Source: Deltaproteobacteria bacterium (lineage in GTDB: Bacteria; JAGRBM01; JAHCIT01). From it: a DNA stretch of 64,000 nucleotides. Where the stretch lies: the NCBI GenBank assembly GCA_026129095.1, contig JAHCIT010000008.1:7021-71020 (forward strand), in the 5' to 3' direction. A program made the position numbers and the translations under genes. Of this stretch, positions 9,699-19,650 are shown piece after piece. How positions within the stretch are numbered: the stretch's first letter is position 1; each line of letters begins with the position of its first letter. A model generated the notes under the pieces. It made no database searches. It had not been told where the DNA came from and saw nothing but the letters and a program-made list of their open reading frames with translations.

Positions 9699-10831
9699 GC
9701 GGGTGTCCTCCGGGCGATGGAGATCAGGATGCCGACCAGCCAGAAGTGGATGACCAGGCTCGTGGCCCCGACCGAGAAGAACGGCAGGGGAAGCCCCTTG
9801 GTGGGAGCGAGTCCCATCACCACGGCGAGGTTGAAGAAGGCCTCGACCGCGATCAGCATCGAGATTCCCGCCGCGGCCAGCATTTCGAAACGGGTTTCCG
9901 CCTTCGAGGCGATCCTGAGACCGGAGATCACCAGCGCCAGGAACAGACTGATCACGAAGATGACGCCGAGGAACCCCATTTCCTCGGCCAGGACACTAAA
10001 GATGAAATCAGTGTGCGCCTCCGGGAGGAAGTGCAGCTTCTGGCGCGAGTCGCCGAGACCAACGCCCAGGATGCCGCCCTTGGCGAAGGCGATGAGCGAC
10101 TGGACGAGCTGGAATCCCGAGTCGCGGGAGTTTTCCCACGGGTCCAGGAAGGCGATCACCCGCTGAACCCGCCACGGGGTCACGGCGATGACGGCCGCCA
10201 CGGCTCCGGCACCAGCCAGAACCAGTCCGCCCAGGTGCAGCGGATGGGCTCCGGCAACGAACAGCATTCCGCAGGCGACGGTGCCGATCACAACCGCCGT
10301 TCCCAGGTCCGGCTGGGCCATGATGAGTGCCAGCGGCACCAGCGCCAGCAGAAGCGGCGGCAGGAACCCGCCGGTAAAGGAACGCACCCGGTCGTCAATG
10401 GAACTGAGGCCCCTTGCCAGGAGCAGGATCAGGGCGAGCTTGGCGAACTCCGACGGCTGGAACCCGAACCCCATGAAACGGAACCAGCGGCGGGCGCCGT
10501 TGGCGGCGACACCGATCGAGGGGTGCAGGACCAGAACCAGCATGATGAGGGCCGCCGCATACAGGACGGGCGCGAGCCTCGACCACCGGGCCGGCGGAAC
10601 GGCCACCGCGATTCCAGCCATCGCGCAGCCGATGGCCGCGCCGATCCCCTGCCGGGTCAGGTAGTAGAACTCGTCGCCGAACAGTTCCTTCGCCCGGATC
10701 GAGCTGGCGCTGAACACCATCACCATGCCGATGACAAAGAGGGACATGACAGGAACGAGGATGCCGGCCGTGGAGGGATGCGCCCTCGCGGACAGGGTTT
10801 TCCGTACGAGACTGCGGGCGGCGGAACTCAT
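9695..10831 (-). CDS. ftsW: SEDS-family peptidoglycan polymerase FtsW
   Basis: 378 aa polytopic membrane protein between murD and murG; overlaps both neighbours by 4 nt. Confidence 0.9.
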   Translation of the reverse strand: MSSAARSLVRKTLSARAHPSTAGILVPVMSLFVIGMVMVFSASSIRAKELFGDEFYYLTRQGIGAAIGCAMAGIAVAVPPARWSRLAPVLYAAALIMLVLVLHPSIGVAANGARRWFRFMGFGFQPSEFAKLALILLLARGLSSIDDRVRSFTGGFLPPLLLALVPLALIMAQPDLGTAVVIGTVACGMLFVAGAHPLHLGGLVLAGAGAVAAVIAVTPWRVQRVIAFLDPWENSRDSGFQLVQSLIAFAKGGILGVGLGDSRQKLHFLPEAHTDFIFSVLAEEMGFLGVIFVISLFLALVISGLRIASKAETRFEMLAAAGISMLIAVEAFFNLAVVMGLAPTKGLPLPFFSVGATSLVIHFWLVGILISIARRTPA

Positions 10832-12174
10832 AAACGTCCCACCTCCGCTTCAAAGACTTCGCCACGGTGGGCATAGTTCCTGAACTGGTCGAAGCTGGCG
10901 CAGGCCGGCGCCAGAAGAACCGTATCGCCCGGCACGGCGGCTCCGTGGGCAAGGCGCACCGCCTCGGGAAGGGTCTCTGCGGTTTCAACCGGGACGACAC
11001 CGCCCAGTTCGGCGGCCAGCCGGTCCCGCGAGGAACCAAAAGCGATCACCCGGCTGACGATGCTGCCCAGCTTGCGGCGGACCGGTTCGTAGCTGCCGCC
11101 CTTTTCCACGCCGCCCACAAGGAGGATCACGTTCCCGGCAAAGCCTTCCAGCGCACGGACCGTGGCCCCGACGTTCGTGGCCTTGGAGTCGTTGTAGTAG
11201 GCGGCGCCATTCAGTTCCCGTACCAGCACGCAGCGGTGGGGCAGCCCCCGGAACCCCTGCACGACGGAACGGATGGCGGTCCAGTCCGCGCCCATGAGGC
11301 GGGCCGCCAGGATCGCGGCGGCCAGGTTCTCGCGGTTGTGGAGTCCCTTCAGCGGCGAACGGGCGAGGTCGATATCCTCGGTCACGCCATCAACGCAGTA
11401 GCGGGCAAGCGTTCCGTGAAGCCTGATCCCGTCGCCCGGCAGCTCGCGGCCGTTGGCCGAGAACCACAGCCGCCGCGCACGAATGGACGACGCTCCCTTT
11501 ACCACGGCGCTGTCGTCGGCCGACAGCACTGCCCAGTCGCTCTCGCCCATCGCCCGGAACAGGCGCAGCTTGGCGGCGGCGTAGTCATCAAACGACGGAT
11601 AGCGGTCCAGATGATCCTCGGTAATGTTGAGAAGGACCGCCACCTTCGGACAGAACTTCTCGACGGTTTCGCACTGGTAGGAGGAAACCTCCAGCACGAT
11701 GGCATCCAGCTTCTGCCCGGCCGCCTCGAACACCGGCGTGCCGAGGTTTCCGCCCATGAAAATCCGCCTGCCGGACGCCTTCAGCATCTCGCCGACGAGC
11801 GTCGTCGTGGTGGACTTGCCGTTGGTCCCGGTGATGGCGACGACGGGGCCCTCCAGGGCGGGCCAGGCGAACTCGATGTCACCCACGAGGCGAAGTCCAC
11901 GGGCGGCGGCCTGCCGCAGCGGATCGCTCATGAGCGGGACGCCGGGACTCACCATGACCCCATCGAGCCCCTCGAAGAAGGCCGGCGGGTGGCCGCCAAG
12001 GAACAGGTCCACGCCGGACCGCCGGAGTTCAGCATCGGTATCCGCTTCCAGTGATGGCCGCGTGTCGGAGGCCCGCACGCGGGCGCCTCCGGCGCGCAGG
12101 TAACGGCAGGCCGAGAGGCCGGTCTTGCCGAGCCCCACGACTCCGATCACCTGTCCTTCGTACCGTCCGTGCAT
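10828..12174 (-). CDS. murD: UDP-N-acetylmuramoylalanine--D-glutamate ligase
   Basis: 448 aa; N-terminal GLGKTGLS and P-loop GTNGKSTTT. Confidence 0.93.
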   Translation of the reverse strand: MHGRYEGQVIGVVGLGKTGLSACRYLRAGGARVRASDTRPSLEADTDAELRRSGVDLFLGGHPPAFFEGLDGVMVSPGVPLMSDPLRQAAARGLRLVGDIEFAWPALEGPVVAITGTNGKSTTTTLVGEMLKASGRRIFMGGNLGTPVFEAAGQKLDAIVLEVSSYQCETVEKFCPKVAVLLNITEDHLDRYPSFDDYAAAKLRLFRAMGESDWAVLSADDSAVVKGASSIRARRLWFSANGRELPGDGIRLHGTLARYCVDGVTEDIDLARSPLKGLHNRENLAAAILAARLMGADWTAIRSVVQGFRGLPHRCVLVRELNGAAYYNDSKATNVGATVRALEGFAGNVILLVGGVEKGGSYEPVRRKLGSIVSRVIAFGSSRDRLAAELGGVVPVETAETLPEAVRLAHGAAVPGDTVLLAPACASFDQFRNYAHRGEVFEAEVGRL

Positions 12175-12187
12175 GAAAACCTGCCTG

Positions 12188-13264
12188 CTACCTCAGCTTC
12201 AGCGTCGAGAAACTCACGAGCGCCAGGATGATGGAGATGATCCAGAACCGCACGGTCACGCGGGTTTCGGGCCATCCCACCTGTTCAAAGTGGTGGTGAA
12301 GCGGGGCCATGCGGAAAATCCGCCTGCCCCCGCTCAGCTTGTACCAGGAGACCTGCATCATCACCGACACCGTTTCGATCACGAACACGCCGCCCACGAT
12401 GACGAGGAGGAACTCATGCTTGGCCAGCACGGCGATGCTGCCGATGAGCGCACCCAGGGCCAGTGCCCCCACGTCGCCCATGAACACCAGCGCCGGGTGG
12501 CAGTTGAACCACAGGAAGGCGAGGCCGGCACCGGCCGCCGCCGATCCGATCACGGCCAGTTCCCCGGCTCCCGGCACGAAGGGCAGCTGGAGGTAGTCGG
12601 CGATCTTCTGGTGGCCGGTGAGATACGCCAGCACGGCGTAAGCCGCCGAGCAGATGATGATGGGGCCGATGGCGAGCCCGTCGAGGCCGTCCGTCAGGTT
12701 CACGGCGTTGGCCGCGCCCACGATGACGAACATGGCGAGGAACACGTAAAAGGCCCCGATGTCCGGCGTGAATTCCTTGATGAACGGAACCGACAGCTCG
12801 GTGGAGATGCCCCGGGTCCAGACCCAGTAGCCAACCGTGCCCGCGATCAGGAACTCGCAGAGGAGCCGGAGTTTCCCCGACAGCCCCTTGGTGTTCTTCT
12901 TCGTGATCTTGAGCCAGTCGTCGTAGAAGCCGATCACGCCGAAGCCGGTCATCGTGAACATGACCACCCACATCTTCTCGGAGTTGAGGCGGCTCCAGAG
13001 CAGCACGGAGACGAGGATCGACCCCAGGATGAGCACGCCACCCATCGTCGGCGTGCCTTGCTTGGCCATGTGCGTCTGGGGACCGTCGGTGCGGATCTGC
13101 TGGCCGTACTTGAGCTCGCGCAGCTTGCCGATCACCCACGGACCCAGCAGGACGCCCAGCAGGAACGCCGTCACGGCAGCCCCGAGCGACCGGAACGTGA
13201 TGTACCGGAACACGTTGAAGGCGAAAAACTGGTCCGCCATCGGATAGAGCAGCCAGTAGAGCAT
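12188..13264 (-). CDS. mraY: phospho-N-acetylmuramoyl-pentapeptide transferase
   Basis: 358 aa; MraY signatures NLTDGLDGLA and APLHHHFE; polytopic membrane protein; ATG directly abuts murF stop. Confidence 0.95.
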   Translation of the reverse strand: MLYWLLYPMADQFFAFNVFRYITFRSLGAAVTAFLLGVLLGPWVIGKLRELKYGQQIRTDGPQTHMAKQGTPTMGGVLILGSILVSVLLWSRLNSEKMWVVMFTMTGFGVIGFYDDWLKITKKNTKGLSGKLRLLCEFLIAGTVGYWVWTRGISTELSVPFIKEFTPDIGAFYVFLAMFVIVGAANAVNLTDGLDGLAIGPIIICSAAYAVLAYLTGHQKIADYLQLPFVPGAGELAVIGSAAAGAGLAFLWFNCHPALVFMGDVGALALGALIGSIAVLAKHEFLLVIVGGVFVIETVSVMMQVSWYKLSGGRRIFRMAPLHHHFEQVGWPETRVTVRFWIISIILALVSFSTLKLR

Positions 13265-14695
13265 CTAGTGTGTCTCTCCTCCGGCGCGGCCGGTGAGCCG
13301 CGCCTCCAGCGGTCCCGCAACCGCTTCCATGCGGGAGCCCCGCGAACCCTTGACGAGAATCCGCTCACCGCCCGCGAGGGCGGGTTCCAGGGCCGCCAGC
13401 AGGGACGCATGGGAATCGAACGCTTCCGCCACCGCCGCACCGCCGTCGCGGGCGCCATCGGCGATCCGGCGTCCGCCCGCGCCATAGGCATACACCGCCT
13501 GGAATCCGTGCCGGGCCGCGGACCCGCCGGTCTCGTAGTGGAGCCGGCCGGAATCCACGCCCAGTTCCTTCATCTCGCCCAGCACGGCAACGAGCCGGCC
13601 CGTTCCCGGCAGAGCCGCGACCGAGGCCATCGCCGCTTCCATCGAGGCGGGGTTCGCGTTGTAGCAGTCGATGAACAGGCGCGTGCCGTCAGTGCCCCGG
13701 ACCAGCCTTCCGCGCAGGGCGGCCGGTTCGGCCGACTCCAGCCCGGCGGAAACCGCTTCGGCCGGAATACCGAGCGCCAGCGCCAGCGCCGAGGCGGCGA
13801 GCGCGTTCATCAGGTTGTGGCGGCCCACAAGAGGGAAGCGGAGTTCGATACTCTCGCCGCCGTAGCGGAGCGTGAACTGCTGCACGCCGTCGCCGCCATC
13901 CCTGATGCCGGTGGCTGTCACGTCAGCGGCGCCTTCCAGTCCGAAGCTGACCTTGCGGCCCCGGTAGCCTTCAGCCATGCGGACGCAGAAGGGATCGTCC
14001 ACGTTCACGACGAAAAATCCGTCTGGCGGCAGGTGGGCGATGATCTCTCCCTCGGCCTTCGCCACGCCTTCGATGGACCCAAGGCCTTCCAGATGCTCGG
14101 GGCCGATATTGGTCATCAGCGCGCCCGACGGCCGGACAAGCCCTGCCAGCCGGTCGATCTCGCCAAAATGGTTCATTCCGAGTTCCAGCACGGCGAACTG
14201 GTGGTACGGCTCCAGCCGGAGCAGCGTGAGCGGGACGCCGAGGTCGTTGTTGAACGAGCCGTGGGTATGGAGCGACGGCGCGACGGCCCGGCAGACAGCC
14301 CCGGCAAGATTCTTGGTCGTGGTCTTGCCGTTGGAACCGCACACGGCCACGACGGTTCCTCCGAACGAGGCACGCCGCGCCGCCGCGAGCTGCCACAGCG
14401 CGGCCCGGGGGTCGGGAACCACGATCGCACCCACATGGCCGAGCTTTTCCAGTGGGGCGAGATCCGGCAGGCCGCCAGCGGAGCCGTCCAGCACCACCGC
14501 CGGAGCGCCCAGCGCTGCCGCCTGCGTCACGAACCGGTGGCCGTGCGCCTTTTCTCCCGGCAGGGCCAGGAACAGCTCGCCCGGAACGATCGAGCGGGTA
14601 TCGATGGAGGCGCCCGAAATGGACCGGCCCGTCGGGATGATTACATCCCCGCCGGTGATCCTCACCATTTCCTCGAATCCGAGGAACGGCATCAT
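13265..14695 (-). CDS. murF: UDP-N-acetylmuramoyl-tripeptide--D-alanyl-D-alanine ligase
   Basis: 476 aa; P-loop GSNGKTTTK; Mur ligase family; overlaps murE by 4 nt. Confidence 0.92.
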   Translation of the reverse strand: MMPFLGFEEMVRITGGDVIIPTGRSISGASIDTRSIVPGELFLALPGEKAHGHRFVTQAAALGAPAVVLDGSAGGLPDLAPLEKLGHVGAIVVPDPRAALWQLAAARRASFGGTVVAVCGSNGKTTTKNLAGAVCRAVAPSLHTHGSFNNDLGVPLTLLRLEPYHQFAVLELGMNHFGEIDRLAGLVRPSGALMTNIGPEHLEGLGSIEGVAKAEGEIIAHLPPDGFFVVNVDDPFCVRMAEGYRGRKVSFGLEGAADVTATGIRDGGDGVQQFTLRYGGESIELRFPLVGRHNLMNALAASALALALGIPAEAVSAGLESAEPAALRGRLVRGTDGTRLFIDCYNANPASMEAAMASVAALPGTGRLVAVLGEMKELGVDSGRLHYETGGSAARHGFQAVYAYGAGGRRIADGARDGGAAVAEAFDSHASLLAALEPALAGGERILVKGSRGSRMEAVAGPLEARLTGRAGGETH

Positions 14696-16257
14696 GACCT
14701 TCCCTCCCGTTTCGAACGGAGGGCAAGCGCCGCTTCCAGCCGGTCATCGAAAGGCCGTTTTTCCGTGCCGATGATCTGGCAGGTTTCGTGCCCCTTGCCC
14801 GCAATCAGCACGATGTCTCCGGGCCGGGCGCGGCGGACGGCCTCCCCGATGGCTGCCTGCCGGTCGGCGATACGCACGTAACCCCTTGTCATGCCGCCGG
14901 ACGCGGCCGGGAAATTCTCCGCCGCAAAACCGGCCTCGCAGGCATCCAGTATCCGCTCCGGGTCTTCGGTCCTCGGATTGTCGGAGGTGAGCACCACCAG
15001 ATCGCTGTACCGGGCGGCGGCGGCGGCCATCTCCGGACGCTTGGTGGCGTCGCGGTCGCCGCCGCAGCCGAACACCGTGATGAGCCTTCCCCCGGCGAGC
15101 GGCCTGAGCGTGACGAGGACTTTCTCCAGCGCGTCGGGCGTGTGGGCGTAATCGACGAGAACCTCGAAACCGGCGCCGCCGTCCACCCGCTCCAGCCGTC
15201 CGGGTGGCGGCGGGGCCAGTTCCAGCCCCCGGATCACCGTCTCCGGCGGGATGTCCATGCCAATCCCCGCCGCCAGCGCGCCAAGGAGGTTCGACAGGTT
15301 GTAGGCACCCAGAAGCCGCGACCTCAGCTCCAGCTTTCCGGCGGGAGTTATGACGGACGCCCGGATGCCGGAAGCGGACAGCTCATAGCTTTCGGCCCAT
15401 ACCTGCGCGCCCGTACCGGCCTCGCACGAATAGAGCAGCACCCGCTCCACCTCCGCCGGGACCATTCCCGCCAGGCGGCGGCCATAGGGGTCGTCCAGAT
15501 TGATGACGGCGGTGCGCGGCCGTTTCACCGACTGGACGAGCAGCCGTGTGAACATCGCCGCCTTGGCGGCGAAATACCGATCCATGCCGCCGTGGTAGTC
15601 GAGATGGTCGCGGGTGAGGTTGGTGAAGACCGCGCAGTCCAGGTCGAGCCCGTCGGCCCGCCACTGGTCGATGGCATGGGAGGATATCTCGATCGAGAGC
15701 GACCGCGCACCGGCTTTCACCGCCGAGGCGAGCAGCCCCTGGAGGGCCGCCGCCCCCGGTGTCGTCTGCGCCGATTCGGCCGCATGGCCGGGCCAGCGGG
15801 TTCCAACCGTACCGACCAGGGCGGGCGCGAGATCCGCCACCTGGAATACCGACTCCAGAAGGAACGCCGTCGTCGTCTTGCCGTTGGTGCCGGTAACGCC
15901 CGCCGAGCGGAGACTCCGGCCCGGATACCCGCTGATGGCGGCGGCGGCGGGACCGGCAAGCTCGCGGGTATTCCGGGCCAGCAGTACGGCGCGATCCGGG
16001 AACGCCGCGGCAAGGGATCCGGCCACATCCGTCCGGTCAAGAAGCACGCCAGTGGCCCCCTGCCCGAGCGCGGCGGCGGCCCAGTCGTGGCCGTCCATCC
16101 GGGCACCCTTCAGCGCGACGAAAAGCGAACCGGCGCGGGCGGCCCGGTGATCGTCCACGCACGAGACGAGTTCGGCCGAACCGTCGCAGCGGCTGGCCAG
16201 TTCGATTCCATTGAGAGAGGTCAGGAGCACTTCAAGCCTCACTCTGTCTCTCCACAC
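14692..16257 (-). CDS. murE: UDP-N-acetylmuramoyl-L-alanyl-D-glutamate--2,6-diaminopimelate ligase
   Basis: 521 aa; P-loop GTNGKTTT; DNPR motif (meso-DAP-adding type). Confidence 0.93.
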   Translation of the reverse strand: MWRDRVRLEVLLTSLNGIELASRCDGSAELVSCVDDHRAARAGSLFVALKGARMDGHDWAAAALGQGATGVLLDRTDVAGSLAAAFPDRAVLLARNTRELAGPAAAAISGYPGRSLRSAGVTGTNGKTTTAFLLESVFQVADLAPALVGTVGTRWPGHAAESAQTTPGAAALQGLLASAVKAGARSLSIEISSHAIDQWRADGLDLDCAVFTNLTRDHLDYHGGMDRYFAAKAAMFTRLLVQSVKRPRTAVINLDDPYGRRLAGMVPAEVERVLLYSCEAGTGAQVWAESYELSASGIRASVITPAGKLELRSRLLGAYNLSNLLGALAAGIGMDIPPETVIRGLELAPPPPGRLERVDGGAGFEVLVDYAHTPDALEKVLVTLRPLAGGRLITVFGCGGDRDATKRPEMAAAAARYSDLVVLTSDNPRTEDPERILDACEAGFAAENFPAASGGMTRGYVRIADRQAAIGEAVRRARPGDIVLIAGKGHETCQIIGTEKRPFDDRLEAALALRSKREGRS

Positions 16258-16331
16258 GGCTCTTCAGGGTTTCTGGACCACTGGCTCCCCAGCCACCGGT
16301 CCCCCCCAAAGGCCCTGGGCCACCCCTGCCT

Positions 16332-18323
16332 TCAGGGTGGCGGTTTCATCTCCACCGTCACTTTTCCAGCATGCTCCAGCGGCGTTCCCCAGGGAGGCTG
16401 CTGGCGCATGACTATTCCGGAACCCCGGATTTCAAATTCGACACTGTTCTGGCGGCCCCAGGCGATGAGACGCCGCTGGGTCATCCCGGTAAAGTCCGGG
16501 AGCCGGGGGCCGTATTCCTCTCCGGCGTCCGGTTCGTGAACGACCGGTTCGCGGCGGCGCGGAACGGCGCCGGACTCGCCCTCCCAGGAGGCGGGCACGA
16601 CGCCGGCCTGCATTGCCAGCGCCCCCGCCACCGGAGCGGTCGGGGTCACGGCCATGAGCGAAAGGGTCTGCTCGGCGATGGCCCGGAAGACGGGCCCGGC
16701 GGTCTTGCCGCCGTACACGACACCCTTGGGCTCGTCGATCGAGACGAAGATGACCAGCTTCGGATCCCGGGAGGGAACGAAGCCGACGAACGATCCGATC
16801 CGGGCCTTGGCGGAATAACCGCGCCGGCTAATGTCGTGCTTCTGCGACGTGCCGGTCTTTCCGGCGATCGTGTAACCGGCGACGTTCGCCAGCGCACCGG
16901 TGCCGTCGGGCTCGACGACTGTTTCCAGCATCCGCGTCATCGTTTCGGCTGTCCTGGAACTGATCACCCGCTCCAGGTGCGGCGGCTGGCGGCCGACCAC
17001 AATGCCTCCTGCCGGGTTTCGCACCGAGGCCAGCAGCCGGGGCCGGGGCAGCCGTCCGCCGTTGGCGATGGCGGCCATGGCGCGCGTCACCTGGAGCGGC
17101 GTCACCGAAATACCCTGTCCGAAGGCGATCGTCGCCCACTGCACATCGCGTATCTGCGACGTGGGCCCGAGTATTCCACGCTCTTCGCCCGGCAGGTCGA
17201 TCTCCGACCGGACGCCGAAGCCGAACCGGCGCAGGTAGTCCAGATGCATTTCCTTGCCCAGTTTTTCCGCGATGCGGATCGAACCGATGTTGGAGCTGAA
17301 CTTGAGCACGTCCGCCGCCGGGATCACCTCCCGCGGATGATCGTCCCTGAACACCACCCGGCGGGCGTATTCGAGCCGGCCATTCTCGCAGTCGATCAGC
17401 GTTGAAGGAGCAACAGCGCCTTCTTCCAGGGCGGCGGCGATCAGGAACGTCTTGAGGGTCGAGCCCGGCTCCCAGACGCTTCCAATGGCATCGTTGCGCC
17501 ACCGCTCCTGCGGGTAGTCCCGGTACCGGTTGGGATCGAAACCGGGATAGCTGGCCATCGCCAGGATATCGCCGGTCCACGGGTCCATGACGACAGCGGT
17601 ACCGCCGATCGCCTCGTGCCGCCCGACCGCGGCCATCAGTTCGCGCTCGGCGATCTCCTGAATGCGGGCATCGATGGTAATGTAGATGTTGTCACCGTCC
17701 GGCGACCGGTCGGGTTCACGTCCGCCGATGCGGAAAAAACGTCCGCGGGCGTCCCGTTCGCCGACGACTTCCCGGTCCCGGCCGCGAAGGATCGCGTCGG
17801 CGGCATACTCAATTCCCGCAAGCCCGTTGGAGTCGATGCCCGTGAAACCGAGGACCGGCCCCGCCAGCATCCCGTGGGGGTACGACCGCTTCGACTCTTC
17901 CACGAAATCGATGCCGGAAATCTCCAGCGCACGCACCCGGTCGGCTGTTTGCCGGTCCAGTTGCCGGGCGAGCCAGACGAAACTGCGCGAACCCGACAGC
18001 TTGTGGTGCAGTTCCCGCTCGTCCTGGCGGAGAATCTTCGCAAGCTGCTTTGCCACGGCTTTCGGGTTCTCGATCAGCTTCGGGTGTGCCCACAGGCTCT
18101 CGGCGGGGATACTGACGGCCAGTTCCGTCCCGTTGCTGGCGATGATGTTTCCGCGGGTGGCGGGGATGGTGATCCGGATCCGGTTCTGGGTCTGGGCCCA
18201 GCGCGGAAGCTGGTCGAACTGCTTGAGCTGGACGGAGGCGGCGCGGACGGCGAGCACCAGCGAGCCGAGCACGACCAGCGTGCCGGTCCAGATGAGACGG
18301 GTGCGCATCGCCTCCGGCGTCAT
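16332..18323 (-). CDS. ftsI: peptidoglycan D,D-transpeptidase FtsI (class B PBP) with C-terminal PASTA-like domain
   Basis: 663 aa; N-terminal membrane anchor; transpeptidase motifs STLK, SSN, KTGT; C-terminal LPDFTGMTQRRLIAWGRQNSVEFEIRGSGIVMRQQPPWGTPLEHAGKVTVEM resembles a PASTA domain. Confidence 0.92.
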   Translation of the reverse strand: MTPEAMRTRLIWTGTLVVLGSLVLAVRAASVQLKQFDQLPRWAQTQNRIRITIPATRGNIIASNGTELAVSIPAESLWAHPKLIENPKAVAKQLAKILRQDERELHHKLSGSRSFVWLARQLDRQTADRVRALEISGIDFVEESKRSYPHGMLAGPVLGFTGIDSNGLAGIEYAADAILRGRDREVVGERDARGRFFRIGGREPDRSPDGDNIYITIDARIQEIAERELMAAVGRHEAIGGTAVVMDPWTGDILAMASYPGFDPNRYRDYPQERWRNDAIGSVWEPGSTLKTFLIAAALEEGAVAPSTLIDCENGRLEYARRVVFRDDHPREVIPAADVLKFSSNIGSIRIAEKLGKEMHLDYLRRFGFGVRSEIDLPGEERGILGPTSQIRDVQWATIAFGQGISVTPLQVTRAMAAIANGGRLPRPRLLASVRNPAGGIVVGRQPPHLERVISSRTAETMTRMLETVVEPDGTGALANVAGYTIAGKTGTSQKHDISRRGYSAKARIGSFVGFVPSRDPKLVIFVSIDEPKGVVYGGKTAGPVFRAIAEQTLSLMAVTPTAPVAGALAMQAGVVPASWEGESGAVPRRREPVVHEPDAGEEYGPRLPDFTGMTQRRLIAWGRQNSVEFEIRGSGIVMRQQPPWGTPLEHAGKVTVEMKPPP

Positions 18324-18685
18324 GGGCCGTTCCTCCCTGCAAACACCTTCCGCATGATCTCCGGGTTCACCTGAAGGAGCTGCGACGGGCTCCGGGTCAC
18401 AAGGCCGAGCTGTGTGCGGGCGAACTTCTCGATACGGGCCGGGTTCTTGAGCGCCGACACTTCCGTGAGAAGCTCCCGCTCCCGCATCTCCAGTTCACGT
18501 TCCAGGCGGCGAAGCTCGCCCGTCTCCATCGCCGTGTGGACCAGTTCGGTCCGGGCCCAGGCATAGCCGACACCCAGTACCAGCGTGAGCAGACACGGGC
18601 CGATGATGAGCAGGAGGCCAGGGCCATCGTGCGCGCGGCGCTGGAGCTGGACCGACCGGCTGGCGCTGATCGAAACGCTGGTCAT
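18320..18685 (-). CDS. ftsL: cell division protein FtsL
   Basis: 121 aa; one TM helix plus coiled-coil-like region (ELRRLERELEMRERELL); between rsmH and ftsI with 4-nt overlaps. Confidence 0.75.
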   Translation of the reverse strand: MTSVSISASRSVQLQRRAHDGPGLLLIIGPCLLTLVLGVGYAWARTELVHTAMETGELRRLERELEMRERELLTEVSALKNPARIEKFARTQLGLVTRSPSQLLQVNPEIMRKVFAGRNGP

Positions 18686-19617
18686 GCGGCCCTCCGTTCC
18701 AGCACACGGAGCCGGGCGCTCCGGGCGCGGGGGTTGGATCCGGTTTCGGCATCCGACGGCGCGATATCGCGGAGCGTTTTCCAGCCGGCTTCCTTCACGA
18801 TCTGGCCGGTCACGGGGTCTTTCTCCGGCGTGGACAGGGACCGGAAGGCGTTTTTCACCATGCGGTCTTCGGCCGAATGGAAGGTGATGACTGCCAGCCG
18901 TCCGCCGGGCGCGAGCCGGCCGGGAATATTCTCCAGCGCAGCGCGAAGGTTTCCCGCCTCGTCGTTCACGCGCATCCTGAGCGCCTGAAAGGTCTTCGTC
19001 GCCGGATGAATCCGCGCGCCCCGGCGGCCGCCCTTGCCTTCCTCGACAATGCGGGCGAGCTCGGCCGTGGTCGTGACCGGCCGGGCGGCAACAATGGCCC
19101 TGGCGACTCGGCGGCTCTCGGTTTCGCCGCCCAGATGAAACAGGGTGTCGGCGAGGGCCTTTTCGGGCAGGCCGTTCACAAGACCGGCCGCCGTGACGGC
19201 GAGGTCCGGGTCCAGGCGCATGTCGAGCGGTTCATCCCGCATGAACGACATCCCCTTTCCTTCCAGTTGCAGGCCGGACCAGCCGAGATCGAGCAGCACG
19301 CCATCCACGGCCCCGATTCCCATCCCGTCCAGAATCTCCGGGAGCCGGGCGAAGTTCCCGCGGCGGAGCGTGACGCGGGCGGCCAGCGGCCCCAGCCGCC
19401 CGCCGCCCGCCTCAATGGCTCCGGGGTCCACGTCGAGCGCGATCACGCGGCCCCCTTCCGGCAGGCGGCGCACCAGTTCCCGCGAGTGCCCGCCTGCTCC
19501 GAACGTGCCGTCCACATAGAGACCGCCACGCTCCGGCATGAGGGCCGAGACAGCCTCGTCGAGCAGGACACTCCGGTGCCCGCTGGCGTTCTCCATGTCA
19601 TCATGCCGTTCCACCAC
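18682..19617 (-). CDS. rsmH: 16S rRNA (cytosine1402-N4)-methyltransferase
   Basis: 311 aa; SAM-binding block YVDGTFGAGGHS; conserved dcw position after mraZ. Confidence 0.93.
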   Translation of the reverse strand: MVERHDDMENASGHRSVLLDEAVSALMPERGGLYVDGTFGAGGHSRELVRRLPEGGRVIALDVDPGAIEAGGGRLGPLAARVTLRRGNFARLPEILDGMGIGAVDGVLLDLGWSGLQLEGKGMSFMRDEPLDMRLDPDLAVTAAGLVNGLPEKALADTLFHLGGETESRRVARAIVAARPVTTTAELARIVEEGKGGRRGARIHPATKTFQALRMRVNDEAGNLRAALENIPGRLAPGGRLAVITFHSAEDRMVKNAFRSLSTPEKDPVTGQIVKEAGWKTLRDIAPSDAETGSNPRARSARLRVLERRAA

Positions 19618-19650
19618 TTGCCCGTAATCTTCATTTCCCGGCCGCCCCGC

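Noticed and set aside
7134-10166. 1010-aa plus-strand ORF antisense to murC, murG and ftsW
   Set aside because: Arg/Pro/Gly-rich low-complexity translation with no motifs, exactly antisense to strongly conserved genes; stop-codon scarcity in antisense frames of GC-rich DNA explains it. The same applies to 12125..14881 (+), 2409..4043 (-), 2690..4477 (+), 14788..16539 (+), 39308..40816 (+) and similar track entries.
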